64,000 nucleotides of DNA from Octopus vulgaris (taxonomy: Eukaryota), in assembly GCA_951406725.2 (NCBI GenBank), contig OX597832.1, positions 67,456,001-67,520,000 on the forward strand. The letters are read 5' to 3'. Shown piece after piece: positions 55,378 to 64,000 of this stretch (positions within the stretch are counted from its first letter, which is position 1; each line of letters begins with the position of its first letter). The notes under the pieces are model-generated. The model had not been told where the DNA came from. It worked only from the letters and a program-made list of their open reading frames with translations, and did no database searches. The translations under genes and the position numbers were made by a program.

Positions 55378-55956
55378 ATTGTTTGCTTCATATATGAAGC
55401 TAATAATCAAATAGATTCTCCTTGACTGCTGTTCGTCACACTTTTAGTTCGTCTGTCTGAAGATGAAATGCAAAGTAGCGTTAAACTCTTCGTGGGCAAC
55501 CAAAAATATTTCTACCTGAAATTCTCTTCTTGCTGTTACCATCATTGTGAGGCTGAATCGACCTGATTTCCTCAAATTCCGTTGTTTATTCGTATATTTG
55601 CGAATAACAAACATTTATTTCTTTATGGAATAATCATAACCGCATTCTCTAGGTCTAGAAGATAAACAACTCTGTTTTTGATCAGCGAATTAAATGATAT
55701 TCACTATTAACAAAGACCGCGAGCGTGAATTACAATCAAACGAGATGTTGTCTATTCTGTAGCGTGATCAGGTTGGAATATCAGTTGACATATCTTAGCG
55801 GAAACTATAAAACCATTAGCTAAATATTTTCATTCGACTCCACAGTTTATAATCATAACAGTTATGAATAAATTCAGATTAAAATATATGTGTGTGTGAG
55901 GGGGAGACAGAGAGAGAGAGCGAGAGAAAGAGGGAGGGAGAGATAGAGAGAGAGAT

Positions 55957-55990
<34 letters not shown>

Positions 55991-56303
55991 GGATATGTAT
56001 GAATTTGACTTAAGTATTCGTTTTTGGAAGTACCCATACATCTTTTTTAATATCTTCGATTTTGCAATGCATTGACCTTGTACATTTAACCTTCAACCAT
56101 TTTTTGCTTTAGAACGGATTTACAATTTCAGGCGATCTCATATGGATATATATTTTGTATTTATATATTTATATATTTTTTATGTATAATTTTTGTATTT
56201 ATGTATTATATACTTTATATGATGAATTGTGTCTCTCAGAATATATTGAGGAAAATAATTTGTATTTTGTTTGAAAGTTGCCTTTTCATTGAATCGTACA
56301 TTA

Positions 56304-56374
<71 letters not shown>

Positions 56375-58256
56375 TGCGCGAGGTGAGGAGTGGATGAATA
56401 GCCGACATCAGAAGGTGGGGGTCATTCATTGTGTTGCTTGTCCTGTATCCCATTTTTTCTCACGTTGATTGCGTATTTAACTCGTTTGGTTTCGTGCTTC
56501 CACTCATTTTCTCTTCCTGCTTTCATTTCGACCTATCTCCTCATTCTAAACATTCATATCTTCCCACCCCATCTATCCACAAATACTACCAATACATTCT
56601 CAAATGTTCATGCACAACACAATACCCTTTCAAATGAGCAGCACAAAATCCATGGCTCCATACTTTGAAATGACTAAACATGAACTAATATTGGAACTTA
56701 CAAAGTACAGGAAACTTTTTTACTACCTCTATAAACCACTTTTCTCGAATAATACTTAAGTATATATATATAAACCCCAAACCCTTATATAGGGTCCCAT
56801 TAAGTGGCAAAATAGAAAAGACTCTTCTTCCACAGCCCCGAACCAACCAATGGAATGTGAGTGAATATGGCATACGAAAACTGTGTGGAATCCCACCGTA
56901 TATATATATATATACATAGATCGAGAAATAGGTAAATATATATATGTGTGTTTGTGTGTGTGCGTCTTTCCATCCCACACTGCTTTATGACCGAAATCAG
57001 TTTGTTTACATCCCAATCGCATCGTTAAAACTGTCTGATAGAATGTACATATACACGTTTTAAAAATGAGTACTGAGATCTATTTGCTAAACTAAAACCC
57101 TTCGATTCGGTGCCCCAGCAAGAAGTAAACGATGAGAAAATATTTTCATCGTGAAATGATCTGGGTTTTGTTCTTAGTAAATTCGTTATAGTTGTTAGGT
57201 TAGTATGACTGTAAGCCTTTATAGATTTAAAAAGTCGGAAGAATTTTGAACTTTCAATAACAAGAAGCGATTTAAACATGATTTCCTCGGTTGATTTTTT
57301 TTTGTTTTTGTTTAGTGGGGTGCACAGTAAGGTGTTACTTCCTAATAGAAGGGAATGAGAGTAACTGAGAAGTTTGTACAAAATCTGGTAAAGGATGAAT
57401 ATCTCGTAATTTAAAATGGATAAGATTTTCAAGAAGTTTTACTTAGATAGGTTTTTGATGGAATAAACTACGATTCTGTTAATAAAATTCAGAAAAATAA
57501 TCATATATATTTGTTGGAAAGATACTAAAAATGTATTTACTTTGCTTTGTTTAATTTTATTTTAAGATGATGCATTTAAGATGGTGCATTTATTTTTACT
57601 TATGAAATATAGTATTCTTCTCACCATTTCTATTTAGATGCACAAAATTTGATAAAATATAAATACTAATTATTGTATGTTATTGTCATATGACGGGTAA
57701 CCCTCAGGAAGTATAATACTGTGAAATATAATTTTCTGTGTTCCTGTTTGAATAACCTGTGCACACTCATGTCTTTTCTGTTCACCGAGATCAGCAACAC
57801 TTTGATTCACAGGAACCGATAAATGGCCTTTTCTCTTTCACTTTTTAATTCGTTCATTCATTGGACTACGGCCAATCCAGGGCAACATATTCAAGGGTTT
57901 AGTCGGATAAATTGCCCCAAATGCTTAATTTTATATACGGTACTTACTTTATAGGACTCTTTTGCCGAAACTTAAATGTATGTGTACGTGTACAAACACC
58001 AATTGTCAAGCTGTGCGTAGAACAAGGACACACACAGACGCACGCAAATATACATACGCGCACACTCACACACACACAAACACGAACAAACACAAACACA
58101 TACAAACACAGACACACACAAACACTCCCTCTCACACTCACAAACATATATACATCTATACAGGTCAGGTTTCACTTTGCTAAAAGCAGTTACAAAGCAT
58201 ATCTTCAGTAGGAACAAGACTATAATACAATACAGAGAAGAGTGTGATGAAATATT

Positions 58257-58657
58257 CTTTTCTAGTCTAGGTACAAGGCATGAAATTTTTTCGTGGGGGG
58301 AGGCTAATTGATTAAATCGACTCCAGTATGCAACTGGTACTTAATTTACCCACTCCGAAAGGATGAAATGCAAAGTCGACCCCGGCGGAATTCGAACTCA
58401 GAACATAAAGACAGGTGAAATACCTATTTCTATACTACCCACAAGGGGATAAACACAGAGACGACAAACAAGGACAGACAAACGGATTAAGTCGATTATA
58501 TTGACCCCAGTGCGTAACTGGTACTTATTTAATCGACCCCGAAAGCATGAAAGGCAAAGTCGACCTCAGCGGAATTTGAACTCAGAACGTAACGGCAGAC
58601 GAGATACCGCTAAGTATTTCGCCTGGCGTGCTAACGACTCTGCCCACTCGCCACCTT
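58257..58657 (-). mobile_element. Dimeric SINE family A with 16-bp TSD
   Basis: Two tandem copies of the central domain behind one tRNA-like head; TSD agtgtgatgaaatatt (58241-58256) and agtgtgacgcaatatt (58658-58673). Confidence 0.85.
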
Positions 58658-59367
58658 AGTGTGACGCAATATTACAAAGCATTTCCGTTCACTTTATTGT
58701 CCATTTCTAACTTCAAACTTCGTTAACTTAATATATTTGTGAACACTTTTGCGATTTCCATCTACTTTTTCGTCTCCATCATGATTGAATTTCTTCCGTG
58801 GCTCTATTTTCGCTATGTGCTTGCTTCTTTTGCTTGTGTAGCCAACGATGTGTTTACCACGATATCATATTCAAACTACTTCCTCGAAGTAAACCTTTGC
58901 TTGATTTCGTTTACACCTATGTACTTACTATGGAACTTTTCCCCAAATACTAACTATGAGATTATCAAACTATCACCTTCTAAACCATTTTTTTTATCAT
59001 CGGTGATTGCCATCAGAAGCATATTTAGGACAAGAAATGGTACGGAGAAACAGAAAAAGTTACAAACTGCTAAAAGTATTAAACAACAGAATGTGAAAAC
59101 GTAAAAATACAATGACTCTTACAAAAAGAATGTATAGAAATTGGCTAAATTCTCTAGGATGAAATCTCAGATGGCTCTACATGTGCACTAAATATTGTGT
59201 ATAAAATATCAGTCAATCTATCAGCGTATCGATTTTCTGTCCGTATTTCTGCAGACATTAATCGGATTGCTTGCTGGAGGCTTAGATCTTTGTCTACATA
59301 AATTACTACAAAGAGCTAAATATACGTACATACAAACATGTGTGCACGTTTATATATAGATATGCGC

Positions 59368-59427
<60 letters not shown>

Positions 59428-59806
59428 GCGTACGTGTGTGTGTATACACAGATGTATGTGCATATATTAATTGATAGAGAGAGAGAGATTATGTTGTATG
59501 ATATGTTTAAGTGTGGCACAGCAAAAACATGCATAGTTTAAGCATAAAAGTGCATTCCAACAAATTGTATTACAGCCAGAAGAATACCTAATTATGGAAA
59601 TGTTTACCCTCACAATCTACTAATACAACTCACTGATCTGTTTGGTAGGTGTCTTCTGTTAGCTGTAAACGACTTATCTACTTTTTTCGTCTTACATGAA
59701 TTTGAATGTAAACCTGAGACGTGCATCTACAGTATTAATTGAATGATTACATACAGAGGTATATACGAACACACATACCTATATGTATGACTTATGCATG
59801 TATTTA

Positions 59807-59843
<37 letters not shown>

Positions 59844-61397
59844 TGTTTGTGTGCGTGCATGTGTATGTATCTACATATGCAAGAAGATGAGATATAAGTC
59901 CAGTAATGCTTTATGAGATAAGGTAACATAGAGTTTGGGAAATTAAATACAATACTTTTTCGAACATTCGGGTAATAGAACATACCCTGCATTCAGAGTG
60001 TTCGAAGCTGAACTGATATTGATCATTAGATTGACTACAGTATCTTAAATGCCGATTCTGTCGACTTGAGCACCTGGCTGACCTTTGAATTTCATGAACC
60101 AAAAGAATAAAAATAAATCCTGGTTCACTGGTATTTGAAATCAGGGACGTAAGTAAATAGCGTGAGAAACTCTGCCCTACAGCCTATCGATTCTGCAAAA
60201 CTAACATCCTATCAAAGTGGCGGTTTTGTCCATCGGAATACGAATGATTCGTATTAAAGACACAACGGATGATATTGGCAAGGAAAATCTTGGTGTTATT
60301 TTCTCGCATTTGATATAAAGAAACTACGCCAAAAGACTCAAATAAAGCATTTCATTATGTCTTGCAATCCTACCGTTTCTATATCGCCCTTGTTGGTTTC
60401 CGGGATCGATAACAGCTTTCTTTCCTGAAAATGTACCACACTATACTTTTATGGGTGTAGACGTTGTTATATGGTTTAGAAGTTATCTCAACAAATGTAT
60501 AAATTCGTTTTAAATTCTACCTTCAGCAAATATTGATGTTGACCAAAAGATTATATGTAAGAAATTAGCTACAATAGGCTCATGGAGACTTATTGGAAGC
60601 AAGGGTCTTGTTCTGGTGTGGTAAACGCAATACACTACTCGATTAACACCATTTCCAGAGTCTTGTTTTCCCAAGAATATTGAGTCCGTTAAAATTTGAG
60701 AATAACTACCTGCATTCTTCTGACTTCAAATCTCAGAGGTTTCTTAGGGGGGTGCTGGTTCAGCACTGCTCATTTCGCTCTGGGAATGTCATGCTAATGA
60801 CATTAACAGTTGTTAGTGAATCTTTATTAGGCGTCAAGCGGAAAGCAAAATTAGGTGCGAGAAGCGTTTACATGGAAGTCCCGTCCACCAAAACATGTTT
60901 GGAGGACAATCAATAACTGATATTCTGTAATAATTATTTAATAAAACAGATCTAATTATAAAAATCTCATACTGCCAGGGTCGATAACATGAAGTAAAAT
61001 TTATGTGCGTAGCAGGAGTGGCTGTGTGGTAAGTAGCTTGCTAACCAACCACATGGTTCCGGGTTCAGTCCCACTGCGTGGCACCTTGGGCAAGTGCCTT
61101 CTGCTATAGCCCCGGGCCGACCAATGCCTTGTGAGTGGATTTGGTAGACGGAAACTGAAAGAAGCCTGTCGTATGTATGTATATATATATATATATATAC
61201 AAATTAGTAAATAAATGGCACAACTAAGTACCGATATTTACTGGAAATAGCGAACGTAAAAATACGACGCTAATGTGTAGCTTCACCGCGTATGTATTAG
61301 CAAAAATGCGTGTGTGCAACAAAATAGAGAAAAAAAACCGTCTTACTGGAAGGCAATACTTTGTATTGCATTACTGATATAAATATATATATATATA

Positions 61398-61800
61398 ATT
61401 ATCAATAATAATATAGGGTGAAATTAATTAATTTGGAATAATCATTAATTTCACCAAGTAGATTTCGGCATGTAAAAGCCCCATTCTAGGAAGGTTTAAA
61501 GTAATACTAATGGTTGAGACGCAATTATTTATAATTGAAGAGTCCTACGCTGAGGAGAAAAATAGTCGGGTAAGACATAATTATTTAATTTTTATGCTTT
61601 CCTATGACTTAATTTCGAAACGTACGTCCGTAGGTGACTTAATATAGAATGATTGTCGTCATTTCTTTCTCTTTTGCCTGCGTTGTTTGCCTTTTTAAGT
61701 GTTGTGGTTTTACTGGGATCTCCCTTTTAAGTAGAAAGAATAGCCATAACTATTTGACTGCTATTTCTAAATTCGGTGTGTGGTGAGGCAAATCGTTGCT
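61398..61800 (+). mobile_element. (TA)n-flanked non-coding element carrying a hammerhead ribozyme (Penelope pLTR- or retrozyme-like)
   Basis: Bounded by (TA)n on both sides inside a SINE; no ORF; contains an intact hammerhead. Confidence 0.75.
61544..61634 (+). ncRNA. Intact type-I hammerhead ribozyme
   Basis: Stem I cctacg (61544-49)/cgtagg (61629-34); CUGAGGA (61550-56); stem II gaaa/tttc with canonical G-C closing pair, extended by agtc/gact, ggg/cct and cataa/ttatg; GAAA (61617-20); palindromic stem III cgtacg; GUC cleavage triplet (61626-28). Confidence 0.88.
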
Positions 61801-62452
61801 ATATATATATATATATGTGTGTGTGTTTGTGTGTGTGTGTTTGTCCCCTTAGCATTGCTTGACAACCGATGCTGGTGTGTTTACGTCCCCGTCACTTAGT
61901 GGTTCGGCAAAAGAGACCGATAGAATAAGTACTGGGCTTACAAAGAATAAGTCCCGGGGTCGATTTGCTCGACTAAAGGCGGTGCTCCAGCATGGCCGCA
62001 GTCAAATGACTGAAACAATTAGAAGAGTAAAAGAGAGAGCTCGATATGAGCACCTATCTCTCACCTGGTCATAAAGTTTGAAACAGAAATTCTTTCTTTT
62101 TTGTTCATTAGAACGTTATCCGTTTTCTAATGACTGATCTGATAGTCACAGTGAACCGTTGCATCCCACAAAATTTTGCTGTCTTCATTCTCAGCTAGTC
62201 CTAGAAATTGGTCATACAATGTCTTTACTCTCTGTAGGCCGTAATATTCCAACGGATCATTCTTTCCGAAATTGCTGGCCTTGTGCGAAAATGTGAAATA
62301 AATATTTTCCTTGTTTATGTATCCATGCTCATTCTTTCTTCCCTCTTGCCAGTTTATGACTCCAGCAACATACTAAGATGATGCTGCCGCCCATGAACTT
62401 GAAGCTTGAATTTCACTCCATGAAGTCAAATTTGCGCGAAGCACCTGGTACT

Positions 62453-62561
62453 ATCATCATCATCGTCGTCGTCATCGTCATCGTCATCACCAGCACCACC
62501 ACCACCACAACACCACCACTACCACCACCACCACCACCACCGCCACCACCACCATCATCAC

Positions 62562-62597
<36 letters not shown>

Positions 62598-62625
62598 CAT
62601 CCTCATCATCATCATCATCATCATT
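62453..62625. repeat. Compound (CAT)/(CGT)/(CAC) trinucleotide repeat
   Basis: Read directly. Confidence 0.93.
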
Positions 62626-63859
62626 CTCTTTTCTACCAGGCACTTCAAGTTTTTCGTAATTTCAGGAGCTTCCATGATTTCAGTCTCCTACATGCTATAT
62701 ATTCTGCTTGACTTTTGTTTTAGCTTTCACTAAAATCAATTCAATTTGTACATTTTTATGAACCTTCACAAACACTATTCATCTCATTCTGCACTGAAAA
62801 ATCAACATACTCATCCGATAGTTATTTTCGATAACAGTTTCTTGTTGATCATAATCTGCCTTTACTTTAAATTTAAATTTCCTGAGCATTAACACATTAA
62901 ATTATGTTGCCTATTCTCAAATGTCCATAAACTGTTTATTACTTTTCTTACGCAAGATGATTGGCCCTGCGCTTAATACCTTACAATTGTAGTCGTTATT
63001 GCTTTTAAGAATTTTAAAAAAATGTTTCTGTTTCTTTATTTCTTACCTCACCCTATTTCAACCATTCTACGTGGTTTGTTATCTTAAAAGTAGATATCTG
63101 AAGGCTTTACATTTTTCTCTTTGTTTGTCTTGTTGTTACTCTAATTTACATTTTCATTCTTCTCACAGCATATGTTTTCGCCGTTGATATAGTTGGCGGT
63201 AACATAGACCTTACATTTCCTAATATACCGCTCTTTTTTCTATAACTGCCAAGGGCATTGTATCTGCAAGAGTGAGTACTTGTCGTTTCGCTATAAACAG
63301 TCTGTCACAACTGATTAACGATTGTAGCTTCATTAGGCAGTGCTAACGCCTGTCGCGTGTGTTTATCCCTTTCATCAACAATGTTATGCTTTTCCTTTGT
63401 CCATCGAAGGAATACTGAAGAAAATAAATCAATATTGATATTTACGAGTCCCGATGGTGTCGAATACTATCTGAACTGTAGTAGAATTAGCAACCAAACT
63501 TGGAGTCTCACCTAACTCTCTTAAAGAACACGTTGGACATTGTAGTCACCGAGATTTACAAAAGGATGGTGAGATGATCTGAGTTAGAACTCATTTGCAA
63601 ATTACTGTGCAGAATTAGGTTAGTTTGAAGCTAAACAACAATGTGTACTTATAAATGACAGATAATGAGGGAATCTATGTACGTCACGATGTGAGAATAT
63701 TAACTAAAGAACCCTTATGTTGCACTTAATGGTTATGATTGTGTCCCTCGATATTCTTCCTTCTAAATATGTCAGGTGACGAGAAAAACAATATCATCTA
63801 TATAAGCATCATTTCATGAAAGATACAAGTAACTGTTGTAGTGAAAATGGTACTCCGCT

Positions 63860-63945
63860 TCACACGTGACAAAGTGGCATGAGTGGTCAGTAGTAGTAGG
63901 ATCGTTGGACGAGCTCTCATTTTACGTCAGTGTCAGTCACGTGAT
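63860..63945. promoter_or_regulatory. Cluster of E-box/CLEAR-like and CRE-like sites in CpG-retaining unique DNA
   Basis: cacgtgac 63863-63870, ttacgtca 63922-63929, gtcacgtga 63936-63944. Confidence 0.3.
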
Positions 63946-64000
63946 ATACATGAGTTCGAGCAGCCGTCGAGGTACACGTTTCAATGTCATTGTCTTACGG

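Larger units (their letters stand above)
61008..62036 (+). mobile_element. tRNA-derived SINE family B, split by ~600 bp inserted in its internal (TA)n
   Basis: A box tggctgtgtggt and B box gggttcagtccc; head ends ~61172 and body resumes ~61801; the uninterrupted copy at 20672-21060 lacks the insert. Confidence 0.9.

Noticed and set aside
61455-61495. Possible antisense second hammerhead (ggc..gcc-GAAA on the minus strand)
   Set aside because: Upstream core reads ctagaat rather than CUGANGA, and stem III is absent.

Overview
AT-rich, microsatellite-saturated eukaryotic non-coding DNA. It is most likely an octopus (cephalopod) intron or gene desert, inferred from the SINE families and repeat landscape. 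I find no convincing host protein-coding exon, and almost all ORF-track entries are microsatellite artefacts. The real content is mobile DNA: (1) several decayed R4/Dong-clade LINE pieces (RT, CCHC knuckle, REL endonuclease) tied to (TAA)n arrays; (2) three copies of a ~550-bp non-coding element, also (TAA)n-anchored; (3) a near-intact Tc1 DD34E transposon with ~225-bp IR/DR ends and an internally deleted DD37D (maT) transposon; (4) a non-autonomous Helitron; (5) CR1-like LINE relics; (6) two diverged Tx1/L1-type ORF1-only elements; (7) many tRNA-derived SINEs. The most notable signal is a set of short (TA)n-anchored elements carrying type-I hammerhead ribozyme motifs: one intact at 61544-61634, one in the loop of a 300-nt rod at 33373-33677, one directly behind a Penelope GIY-YIG tail at 20263-20301, plus more decayed ones. 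All translations, alignments and folds were done by eye, with no database searches.
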